Positions 40,301 through 53,500 of a DNA stretch of 64,000 nucleotides are shown one piece after another. The position numbers and the translations under genes are program-made. Where the stretch lies: NCBI RefSeq assembly GCF_001194135.2, contig NC_068981.1, forward strand, positions 109,936,160 through 110,000,159, given 5' to 3'. The first letter of the stretch is position 1. Every line of letters begins with the position of its first letter. The notes under the pieces are model-generated. The model made no database searches. It was not told where the DNA came from and saw only the letters and a list, made by a program, of their open reading frames with translations. The DNA comes from Octopus bimaculoides. Lineage: Eukaryota.

Positions 40301-41487
40301 AATCATTTTTGAATTGAATTGAATTGTAACATGTGATAAGAAAGACAACTCCAAACCACACATTGCAAAAATGACATTGGCGAAACTACAGGAGTTGGAG
40401 TTGGAAGCTCTCCATCATTCACCATACTCACCTGATCTTGCCCCCACTAACTACCACTTCTTCCAGAATTTGGATAACTTTTTGATAGGAAAAAAATTAA
40501 ATTCTGGCAATGCTGTAAAACAGGCCTTCCGAGATTTTATTGACTAGATTGCCAGGCTTTTACAGTTCTGGGTTGGACAAGCTACTGCTGAAATGGCAGA
40601 AGTGTATTGACAATATGGGTGCATACTTTGATGAATAAAACTACTCCTTTTTCTTTTCTTGATAACCTAATACTAGAGAGGAATTTCTGGCAGTGAAATC
40701 CACATGACATGCCAATCAAAATTAAATCCATGATGATATTTCTTAGGGCTGTTACTTTGAATGCAAGTTTTCAGTTTCAGCTTACCAATGCTATACATAT
40801 ATCAGTAGTGAATAAAGGAGATGGATGGATAACTGATTCTTGAAATCTTTCTGAATTTTGAAAGCAACATTGTATCAACATATACTGATGAATTATTTAA
40901 TGTGGCTGTAGATATAAATCAGTAATCTTTTTCAGCACTTCATAATTATCATGTGTTTAGTTAATACAAAAGAACACTGCAACAGAGTACGACTGGTTAT
41001 CAAACAGTGTTTTGAACTAGATGTTAATGAGTGAAAGAAGTTTTTTAGGGTGAAATACAATTTAGAAATCGCAGCTGTTCTGAATTTAAACCCATTAGAA
41101 TTCTTTTAAACACTCATTGTTAAGTAACAGAAGGAAAGAGAAGCATTTTGAGGCAAAATGTATGCTGAATTTCTAAAATTGAATCCAGTGTAAATTACAT
41201 TAGGAGTTCACTCAAGAAGAGTTTCATAATCAACTGTTATATGAAAAAATATAGTTATTCAGTTCTCAAATTTCTGTCATCATCACTATCATTCTCTTTT
41301 TCTTTCTATGTCTCTCCACGCCTGTCTTGCAGACATTCCCAATGTCCTCCTTTCTCTTCTCTCTTTCCATGTGCATCTTGCATTCTCTATTGCATCATTC
41401 CATGAAAAGAAAGAGAGAAATATTAAAGAAACTGAAAGAGGAAGAAAAACTGAGTTTGATATCACACAAACATGTCACCACCACTTT

Positions 41488-41532
<45 letters not shown>

Positions 41533-44500
41533 TTCTTTCATTCTCTATTGTATTCTAGAGAGAGATTGCTACTTTTATGCCATTCTTAACAGAAAGCAAG
41601 GTGTCGTTTGAGGGAGATTTAGTTTCTATTTTTGCAAGTATATATTATACAACTATCTGGTCCCGTGCCGTAAAAAATGATGGCTAATTGTAGTATTTTA
41701 TATACGAATAAGGTACAAAACCAAGTTTTTAGTTTAATAATTCTTTTATTACCAAATTTTTTGTGAAAAATCTATCCACAATTAACATCCCCTGACTGCT
41801 TTTAAAAGAATTTTTAAAGTTTTCCTTTAAGGCCACATAAAGCTGGCCATGACAAAATATGGGAGCTAGCAAGTAAATACCAACATTTTCGAAACGACAT
41901 TTCCTTTCAATTACTGAAACCAACCTAAGCTCATGTGACTTAAAGCCACAAAAAGCTGTCCGTGCCTTATAGATGATGTTGTAAAAACTCCCTATTCAAA
42001 ATTAATTACATAAATTTCTCAATATAAATAAATTAGGCACATGTATGAACTGTTAAATCTGTATTTATAATATACTTTTCAACTGCAGTCATTTTATATT
42101 TTTGATACAGTCAGGCAATAATTATTATCTCTAAGGAGTTTGTATATGTTTATGTTTGTGTAGATGTGTGTGACTGTAATAAATATTTGTAACACGACAG
42201 ATAGAATATGGATGTTAATTCAAATTAATATACTTCTCAATGTAATCTAGTGGTTGTATTTTGAGATGTGACATCGATCATCGTTAATCACTGAAAGAAC
42301 GCTGGTTAGTTTATGTATAGTTACTGAAAGAACACTGAGTAAAAATTTCTTAATATAAATAAATTAGGGACAGGTATAAACTGTTAAGATGTGTATTTAT
42401 AATATACCTTTCAACTGCAGTCGTTTATATTTTTGATACACTCAAGAAATAATTATTTTCTCTAATGAGTTTGTATCCTCCACCAGTACCGGAAGTTCCT
42501 ATCCTCTGTCATGCTTGGTTGTCTCCCGCGAACACCTCTAAGGGCCTAATGACCATCCCCACCCCTACCCAAGGTTTATCGATCATATAGCGCATAAAAA
42601 TGGTGTAGTGTATGTAGGTTGTAGGTTATTGTTTGTTTATGAATTCTGCCAATGCAAGCTTTCTTTTCAGGTACATGACACTGCTGTCCCTCATCCCAGG
42701 GTCTCACACGCCCACACATCCCACACCCTCAGAGTTGGCACACTGAAAGGTATGTTTGGTGAGATTGTTGAGATGCTTGAACGGAGACGTGTAGATTTGT
42801 GCTGCATCCAAGAAGGTGGAGAGGAGGTTCCGCTAGGTTCCTCACAGGCAAAGAACACAGGTACAAGATTTTCTGGGCAGGGAACACTGACGGGGTCAGG
42901 GGCATGGGTATACTTCTTGCGGGGGGAAATGAGTTGATAAGGTAATCAAGGTAGTCAGTGTATGTGACAGAGTACTTAAGATTAGATTAGTGCTTCACCT
43001 TAGGTTGGCTACCATTATCTCAGCCTATGCCCCTTAACTGGGGCTACCGGATGGGCAGAAAGACCAATTTTATGATACCCTATTGCAAACTACCTCGTTG
43101 ACAAATGACAGGAACCTCTCTTTGTGGCTGGCGATTTCAATGGACATGTTGGACAACATGCAGGGGGCTTCCATGGCGTACATGGAAGCTATGGCTTTGG
43201 TTCCCGAAATGAGGAGGGAACCAGACTGCTGGAGTTCTGTGATGCAAATGATCTTATGGTTTGCAATACCAACTTCAGGAAACCTGCCTGTCACCTAGTC
43301 ACCTAGGCAGACACACAAGCCAAACTGACTATATCCTCACAAGAAAAAGGGAAAGAGGACTGCTTATAAATGCGAAAACCTTCCCAGGCGAAGAATGTAC
43401 CCCTCAACACAGATTAGTAGTTAGCGACTTTGGGATCAGGGCTAAATGGATGCCCAGAAGTAGACCAGCCTGGAAGAAAAGGGTCTAGAAGTTTAAAGAT
43501 CCTGCAAATGGACAGAGATTTAGAGACATGTTACTTGAAGCCTTCGACGAAATAGAAGGGGATATAGCATCACATAATGTGGAAGACAACTAGAGGTTTC
43601 TATGGGACAACCTGCTGAGAGTTGATGACCAGATCTGTGGATGGTGCAAAGTCTCCTCTTGACCCAAAGTAACGTGGTGGTGGAACAATGTGGTTGACAG
43701 GTCTATTAGACAAAAGAAACAGGCTTGGAAGGGCTGGAAGAACAGAGGTAGCAATGAATTGTATCAGACTGCCAGAAGGGAAACTAGGCAACAGGTTTAT
43801 TTAGCCAGAGGAGAAGCAGATAAGAAAAAATGTGCCAATGTTCTGCGCCGTGAGGACCAAAGACTTGAGGTATTTCGTGTTGCAAGACAGTGTGTGAGAG
43901 AGAATTGTGATGTCGTAGGAGAGAAATGTGTCCACATGGATGATGGCTCACTTGCACTAAATGAGGCTGCAAAGAGGGGGGTTTGGAGACGCCACTATGA
44001 AAGGTTGCTTAATAAAGAGAATGAATGAGCTTTCAAACAGAATTTTGAGATAAGTTATTTTCATGGTAACATGGCTAGTATGTGTCTACGTAGCAACACA
44101 TTTTAATGTTTGTTGTTTCCAAATTTATAACAGAAATTATGTTTTAATTTAATGAGTAAGAAAGCACAACAATTTTAAAATAGTAAAAGAAAACCCTTCG
44201 CTTGTCATATGGGTTTGTTGTCTTTGTTTACACTAATAAAATGATGCCTCCTCTTGCTTTTAGTCAGTCATTTCCTTCCAGTGCAACCCATCTAGTTTTG
44301 CAGTATACCCCACTACAAAAGAATCCAAGATTATGATATATGTAATATTAGATAAAAAAAAGTATATATATATATATAAAATCTCTGACACTGATCAAAA
44401 TATAATTCTTGAAAATGCATTTAAAAAAGATTAAGGATGATCTGCCTCATAAAATATCCAAAAATGTTATCAGATAATATCTGAGACAGTAAATGTCACT

Positions 44501-47500
44501 TTGTATAAGAAAGTTTTCTTAAATAATAACAGCTGAACGAAAAAGAGTTTTTCATAAGTGATGATAAATAGCCATTAAATGTGTTTTCAATGAGACTTCC
44601 TCTAGTTGTCCAACAACACTGGAGGGGCTAAGTTTTATAGTGCTGACTACTATGTTGTTCCTGAACACTTCTCAGAGCTAATATAACTAAAGCAAAGTTA
44701 ATTATTCATCAGAAGTAATGTATTTAGCGAACACTATTTTTTTTATTACGAACAAATGTTCAATCCTTTGTTTCCTGCAGATAAGAGTTATATGTCACAA
44801 ATGTCAAATGCCAGCAAATACTTATACAAAACAATTTCAATAAAAGACGGTCTTCATGTAGATTTTGAACTCACTAAACCAAACCATGATACACATTTGA
44901 GCTAAGTTTCTCAGAAATTACCTTAACAGAAGTGTCATAAAAAGAATTTGATGTTTTCATATAACCCGAGGACTAAGAACCTTACAAATTTCTATTATTG
45001 TTTGACTCACAGACCATAAATGAACTTTCCTAAATGAGAAAATTATTATATTTCAGCAGATTCTTTTTTTTTTTGAATGCTTTGATAAAAAAGATGTTTA
45101 TGAAATAAAGCAAGTTTGTAGATAGTGCTTTTATGACTTCTTTGATGAAATTTTTAAGACTGATGTCCATAAAAGTCATCAAGTGATTATTATTTAAATG
45201 AGTAAACATTTTTTACAGGCAAGGTATCAAATATTACTTCATGGACCAACAGTTTACTAATCTTTTGGTTATAAGGAGAACATAAAATATTGCATTAAAG
45301 CAGTAAGATTGTTTTTAAGCTGTATAGCTAAACAGATGGGAATGATATGTTAAGGAGACTGAACTCAACATACAAACAATGAAACACATAGCAATTTAAA
45401 AATGATATTACTTATTTCTATCCTGTGGCACCTATTTATAGCAGATGCACTGGGCTATATGTACAATAAATGACCAGGACATGAATGCTCAAAAAAAAAA
45501 AACAACCTCTTAGCTGATTATCTAGCACCCTAACAACATGATTGCCCAATTCCTCTCAGAAAATATTTGTAAGCTTGTGAGCAGAGAGGAAATGTTGATT
45601 AGGTGTGTGATACAGCTGATCCAATCCCTGAATCATGAAACAGAAAGCCTCCTGAAAAGACAGTGGTGCTGCATTCGCTTGAATTATATAAACCAACTTC
45701 CCCTCAAGTATTAAGAAATGGGATCATGATTTTAATCATTCTGAAATGAGCTCTTGAATTTTGTTAATTTTGAAATTAGAGCCTAGCCTTCTTTTCCACC
45801 CCTAAAATATGGTATTGAAATGAAGTAAACCCTGCTTTCACAGGAGTAGACACAATAATCATTCTTGAACTTTTTGAAATAAAATTCTGAATAGTTACTA
45901 TTTGGGATTTAGTAAAACTACTTATAAAAAACATCAAAAAATTTTAATTAGATTATGTAAAAATATAGCCATTGGAATTTAAGCAATTTCTCATAAAAGA
46001 ATAGTAAAAATAAAAGGCTAAATGCTGACAAGATTTGAAAAGATAAAGGAGCTTAGAAGAATTAAAATGTCAGACATATACCAGTTGAATTTGTAAAATC
46101 AAAAGAAAATGAAAATTTAATATTAGCAGGTGGAATAAACAACAATAAATTACCATTGATAAAAGGATAAAACTTGAACCAAATTATAGCCTTGATATTC
46201 TAGATGTAATATTTTACTTCTGATTGCAACCATATTACCCATAACTGACACATTAGGAAAAGAACCAACTCCACAGCTCTCATCATGGTAATTAATTGAT
46301 TAATGAGCCATGGTTATTTGTGTAATATATTTGCGAAACTAAATGTGATCATATCTAGACAAAGAATGAAAATGAAACAGCAAGTGTAAGAAAGGAATTA
46401 AAACTTAAGTCCCATTTCCTCTGGTTAATGCTAAAGAGCATTATTGCAGTTATGGCATCCTCAGATTATGATCATATATGTCTACAATATGCACTTGAGA
46501 AGGCTTCATTCTATTAGCATGCGTTTTTTTTTTTTGCTAAGCTTTAAATGTAGGAAAGTGGTGTACAATGAACAGTTGTTTGTTAATCAAATTTAATGAA
46601 CATGTCCATTAAATTACAAATCTTTAGGTAAGACTGAGGGTAAATGACATAGTATTAAGATACATCATCATGATTATTAACAGGAAAAAAGATGACGAGG
46701 GTTGCATGTTATGAGAAACATAACTAGATATTATTTATGCAGGAAGATATACTTTTTGCAAACATTCATGAAATAACTTAAACTATCATGTTTTGGAGGT
46801 TTCAATGGAAAAGGAAGTTTGGTTGAATGTAGACAACTGTGCACAGAAGATTAAGGATGAAGAGTAAAGAGTAGATTATTTGTATAAAAATGTTATTAGG
46901 ATTAAGTGAAAAGACCATAATATGAAGAGAAATGAGGGAAACAAAAATGAACTCTAAGATACATCAAAGATAAAAATGTAAGACAAAAATCAGTCAATAT
47001 ATATTGTGTTGGAGTAACATAACAAGAAACTTATGACCTATTAGATGAGTAAAGCCAATAGGCAAAGTCTGAGTCTGTGATGTAAGGGAGTAAGTCACTG
47101 AAAGATTTTGCTCTGTGAAAACTATATGCATAATCGCTAAGAGGGGACAAAAACTCAATATGATAAAGGTCTGAAACTGAAATTCAGTGAAAAGATCCTA
47201 ATCAAAGAGGTACAATTTTAAAGTCTTATTGGACACTGAAATTTGACGTCAGAAATAAAATGTGTCAATAGTGTGAGGCAAGAAGCTAATTAAAAAAAGA
47301 AATTCAAATATTATTCATGACTTCTATCATCACCTATTGTTTTAGACAAGTAACTTGTAATATGTATTTGCATAGTAAATATAACAACACAACCTTCTTT
47401 GAGAATATAGCAGCAGCAAACAGAAAGTTATATTTGTGGTCATTTTGTCTTCCTTTCTCCACATCTTAAACAACCAAACTAAATTCCTATATTTTCAGAG

Positions 47501-50500
47501 ATGTAAATAGCTACATATCTACAAAATGAGGCACAATACCTGTTGTAAGAATTAAGCCAATACCTGCATGGTCATGAAGAATTGAAACTCTAATACAGCC
47601 ATTTTACATACTCCCAAGTAAGACACACATTACTATTTGCTTTAATCTGCATGACTGTCAATAGGCTCCACAACAGGGTTAACACCCTGAAAACAGAATG
47701 CAAATATCCAAATTTTCAAATTTTATGTTAGCAGGGAAAATAGATGTAAAATAAACAACTCCATAACTTTCAAATGTCTCTACAATTTTATAACCAGTCA
47801 AGTGTGAGGAGCCATTGCTTTTTCTGGCAGGCTATGAGTACATAAGATATATATCTTGAGTGTAGCTGCTTTATATTTTAAACTATATTTGAAACAATAA
47901 ATATATTCAGACCATTAATTTTCAAGTGCAGAAGAAAAAAGAATCTAATAAAACTAATGAGCAATCTTTCAAATACCTTTATCACAACAGCACAATACAT
48001 TTTCACCTTTCATCTCACAGAAATCAAACTAAAGAGGAGCTATTTGCCACACAATTGCCCACTGCTTGGAAAATGGATTTGTGACAATTTCTCTGAAGTA
48101 TATTTGAACATCTAACACAGACTTTTATGATTAAAATGATTTTAAAAATCTTGATATATTGGGAAAGGGGGAAAGAGAACTAGAAGGAACTGCTTGAACG
48201 TAAACAAAATTTAATCTTTGAATCTGTTGTGATGTAACTTTGTCATTAGAAACTTAATGAGAAACTGGAGTCAAAATGATAATAGCTGATCTTGTACTTT
48301 CATTATAAGTGAGAGTGAAGATAAGATGATCCCACTTAATCACATTATTTTACAACTACTTCCAGGTCACTTAAGTTAACTTAAAAATATGACAAAAGCT
48401 TTGCTTGTTTTCGCCATTTAGTGTTTGAAATTCCAATTTCAAAATAAGAAAGAAAATCTTGAAAATAATACAATGTTCACATTAGTAAAAGAAAACAGTA
48501 GTTTCTCTAAGCAAATTCATGAAAAGGGAGTGGTCCTTTTAAATATATATGCTTAACATTTAGTCAAACATAATATTTTACAATTAAAGAGTAGAGTGAA
48601 ACTTGCAGATAAAAGTGTCAACTTCAATAAAATGCACAATTTAAAAAACGGGCTTTGAGACAATTTTAGTTTTGAAACTTTTACACAAAATGTATAAAAA
48701 AATTTACCACATAATATGAGGAAGCTGCTAATTCTGGCACATGTCAAGAGGTTAGATCCTCGTCCTTGAATTAACTATTGTAGTTCAAAATACTGAGCTC
48801 TATTTACAAATTCTCAATGTTTGCAATGAAGTGTGAACTCAATGGTTACATGGCATAAGACAAGACTGGAGACATCGTTTTACACATAGTTCAATGTAAA
48901 ACGAAGTAATTAAATAACTTATGAACTAACTATCTAGTCTCCAGTTTTTCTATATGTACTTTGACCTTTCTAACTATGGAGACCAGACTAGGATATGTTA
49001 AATAAAAAATAAAGATTTATTTGAAATTAGAAATTATTTCTTTACAACATTGCATGTTTTCTTCCAAAGGAGAGCATATATAGATATTATAGGCAGTTAC
49101 CACATTACTTTATTAATCTGGCATCATTGCTTAGGCTAAGCTAAATGTTTCATTGAAGGAGTTTCAATTTTAAGTTGCAGTTGATAAATAGTTTGTAGGT
49201 AGAGGTTCCAAAGATTTAGAAATTCTGTTGGATAGTTAGCAACTTCATTTTGATAGATAACTGCATCAATTGATTTGTTAATATAAATCATTCCCTGGAA
49301 TATTTTTGAATATTTTTTTGGTCCTTAAACTTAACTGTCAGATTGCTTTGGTACCAATACTGCCTTTTCACACAACCAAGTAAAGTCTTTGTGGCAATAA
49401 CTAAAGTTAGTAAATACTTTTTCTATTAATTCGTTAACACTGCATTGACTGTAAATATAAATTCATTATCAGAATCCATGGGAATTTTTCCTTCACCAAA
49501 CAGACCTGAATTACAATCACCTTAAGTTGTTGCTCAAGTTAGTAGTAAGATTCAAGGTATTAATTTTGCACCAGTAACAAGATGATTTGAAGTATGCTTG
49601 AAATTCATCAGCTTCTGTTCCCTTAAATAAAACTGATGGTGTCTGGTGAAAACTACCAGATAGCAGTCACACAATCCAGCAAAATAATTTGGTTTCTTAC
49701 ATCATGTAGAGTTCTGCTCACGGCATTGTACATTCACCCCAGTCTGTAAGTTCACATCTTTTAAATAACTCCTCTCATACCAGAAATCTTAGTAATTTTA
49801 TGAACAACTTCATCATGACTAGTTAAATCCATAGGAAATTTGAATGAAGAATGTAACCTTTATGCAACAGTGCCACAGATAAACCAGAAGTTAATGCTAC
49901 AGTAATTTTATTTGACTTGCAAACTAAGTTCAGTAAAAAATTTAAGAGGGAAGTTTTTCTGGTGGCATCAGGAGTATCCCAAAAGTAGATACGTCCATTC
50001 TGTTCAAGCATAAATAAAAACTCAAAAACAACCACAACAACTACCATTGCTGCTTCTTCTGAGTTCAGGGCCCAAACCACACAAAGATATGCTCAAATCA
50101 CATAAGCATTCATGCATGGATATAACTGAACGATGCATACACAGAAACTAATTTGATTAATAACATACAAACATTACCATAGAAAACGAAATGTACCAAG
50201 TACAAGAACCTACATTGAGATACAGATAATAAAGAGCACATAAAAGCATTCACTGACAGTAATAAGATGTCAATCAAATGGACCTTCCTGAAACTTCAAC
50301 TCTTGTCTTTTGCCTTATTTTACTTAGATCTCTTTAACAACCCATTCCACAGTAACACCTACATGTGCACACACATAAGTGCACCAAAATCAGTACTGGA
50401 TATAAACCTGACATATTCTAATATATTAGAACCAAAACAAATCCCGTCACCCAGCACTATCTACACAACTTAGCAACATCTTCAATAAAAAACCTAAAGA

Positions 50501-53500
50501 GACCCAGACTAGGTAAATGTGAGGTGCTAATGTTTTGAGTACATATGTATAATCAATAAATATGTCTCTGAGTTACTTGTCTCCAATGATATGAGCCTGG
50601 CTGTTCTTGCTAGACCAAATGAAACAGACTAAGCTCTCTGTAGAGATGATTGCTAATACTATGAACCTTTAAGGCCCTTTTCCATATTGATATGAGTTGA
50701 ATGGTGTGACAGGATCTGGGAAGCTGCAGGACTGCACTGAATTCTGTCAGCTTAGGGATAGTTTCTGTGGCTGGATACCTATCCTAATATCAATCATTTT
50801 ACAATGTTCATTGGCTGCTTTTCTTGTGTAATGTCACTAGTGAGGTTGCCAAATAACTTGCATGACAAGAAAAGAAAAAGAAAAAACCCTCAAAAGAGAA
50901 GCAGGGAGCAGTGTATTTGAGAAATGGGAAGGTGGCTTTATGCTAGATATTGAGAAGTTGAAGTATGATAGAGGGACAAGCATTTACTATAGAGGAGATA
51001 CATAGCTATCCTGTATTATATAAGGTTGAGAGTAGCTGGAAAGAAGATAAAAATGATAGTGATAGGGTGCAGGAACAAACTCTCAGTACACAAGAGGGTG
51101 TGTATAAGAGAAAATATGAACAGGAGATCAGATCAAAAAGATGGGAGACAGGAAACAAAAGTAGGTGTGGGTAACTTCATAGGAGTGTGAGAGAAAAGTA
51201 ACAGACCATTAAAGATGGGGGCAGTGGTGATGTAAGGGTGGAGGTATGGTTGATGAGAAATATTGGTAAAAGGTAGGTATGGTGAGAGAGGTAGAAGTGG
51301 CTCAAGAATGAGGATAGATCAGAAAGCAGTGGAATGATGTGCAAGGTGATGTGCAGAAATCGAGATAGATGCCTGATGCACACAAGGATGGCTATAGAGT
51401 GGGGTGACAAAGTTGGGGTTGGAGGGAATTGATGACAGATATGAGAGGTTGTAGAGAATGATAGCAGATATGAGAGATGTCAAAGATGAAACATTGCAGG
51501 TCAAGATGTAGCTCCGAGGAGAGGGAAAAACAACAGAAGGCACAGAAAGAGGGTGATTAGAAAAGCATGCAGGAAGAGGTGATATCCAGAATGAGGAATG
51601 GATGTTAATAGGAGGTGGTTCCAAGGCTTGAATGAGGCAAATAGTAACAAAAAAAAAAGGAGGTGGATGAAATATGGGCTGATTCTGCTCTCTCAAGTGA
51701 TTACAGAAGCCAAGTATTGCTATATTGAGAAGAGTAACAGAGAAATGCTTGTTAGGCAGATAAAACATGGGGAATGCTTAACAGGGCAGACTGAGACAAA
51801 GGCAAAGCCCAGCACATACAGACATAAGCAAAATGCTCTTAGAATCTCATTTTCACAGTAACTGACAGCTCCTCTCAAGTACAACAAATCACCAATCATC
51901 TCAGTTCTGTCATCTCTCCCACAAGGCTCACAATTTTGAGATTAGCCTTCACAGCTTAGTCCCATGTCATCTTGAGTTTCTTCCTTTCACAAGTTCCATC
52001 CACTTCAACACATGAATTTTGTCATACACATGCTGATGTTGCATATCCAATGGAGCATGCAAGCTTCATTTCTTTCTAATGTTTACTTGTCTTTTGTATT
52101 CAGGTCCCATGTGTCACAACCATGTAGTTTTGCAGTTCATACACAAGCATCATACAATCTGCATTTTCTTTTGAGAGCAAGCGACATTTTATCGTCAAAA
52201 GAAGTTAATAGGTCTCTAAATGTTCTCCAATCAATTCTTAGTCTAACTACACTTTCAAAACATCCTCCTCTACAGCTAATTAGGTTACCTAGGTAACAGA
52301 AACTATTTACTACCTCGAGGGATCCTCAAGGAGCATTTAAAAAAATCTATTTCCTGTGTGCCTCTTCCACATAGAAAAACAACTTACTCTGTTAACTTTC
52401 CTGTTGTTCCACTGCACCACTTGCATGTCCATAATGTGCATAAGGTATTTCTGCCTACATATTCAGCAGGGCTATTTACCTGATGGGAGTAGAATTCTGG
52501 CAGTTTTCCTGCTTACAAGAATTTTAGTCTTTGCTCTTTGATTCCAGATTTTGCATGCACATCTGTAATTTCTTTTCTAATTCTACTACAGATAATGCAG
52601 ATGTGAGAACTAGTCATTCCCATGTAGTAGTTCCCAAGGATAACCACTCTTAAATTTCTCTGGTGTGGGTTGGACAACTATGGTGACCAGGAGACTGGTG
52701 AACTACCTGTATTCTAAATACATATATTTTTCCATGATTCACCAAAAAGACTCTTCCAACCAAATCTATATATTGTTATATTTTCAGTTAAAATAATACA
52801 AATTTTTCAAACAAGATATCAAAAAGACAGTACCTCATCTGATATAAAGTTTGAAATAAATTGTGGAATTACTAACAATTTGAAGATTAATGAATGATGG
52901 AAAATTGAAAACATTATTGTAAAATTTAATTTTCTTTCTTGTCATTACCAAAACATTTCAAATATTTGTTATTTCAGTTTGTCTTATTGTTTTATCAACT
53001 GGCACATGATGAGTTTCTAATTTTACGGGTCACACCTGATTAATTAGATAGCATCATAATAGCAAGTAATGTCAAATTTATCTTCAATTATATTAATAAG
53101 TTGTGAAAATTGATTGCAGTTTATAATCCCAGAAGCCCTTTATATCATTGTTGAACAAAAGATTTAATTTCTTCATGAGTGTCTACTTCTGCATTCTATT
53201 CAAGTTATGTGACTGTGTGTACATAGACTTCTTGCTTTGATTTACAATCATGACATAAAATTCATCTGATAACTGACATCCATTTATATATTTTAGCTTA
53301 AATACATAATTACCCCACTTGTAACCAAGTAACTTATGTAATTACTAATGCTGGCTGCTGTTAACTATTATTTTCTTTCCTGTCCACACCTATTTGGTTC
53401 GTTTCTAAACAAATTACATTTTCATTCATTTATCATTCTCACTCTCTTATAACTGGATATGTAACTTTCTGCATTATTTTTCTCACAAATTCAACTAAAG

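Larger units (their letters stand above)
38950..40640 (+). mobile_element. Mariner transposon, decayed, with two nested insertions and an internal deletion
   Basis: MDKSEIRTVLKCKF..., ITQQTVSNWFAKFCSGNFDL, KVKKLDKWVPHEFNENQK, IVTCD, DNSKPH, HSPYSPDLAPTNYHFF, ending GAYFDE*. Confidence 0.88.

Noticed and set aside
44781-45031. Plus-strand acceptor with a 41-codon frame, and two small minus-strand candidate exons (~44.92-44.97 kb and ~45.01-45.03 kb)
   Set aside because: Phases could not be linked uniquely, the implied intron is only 38 nt, and such signals arise by chance in AT-rich DNA.
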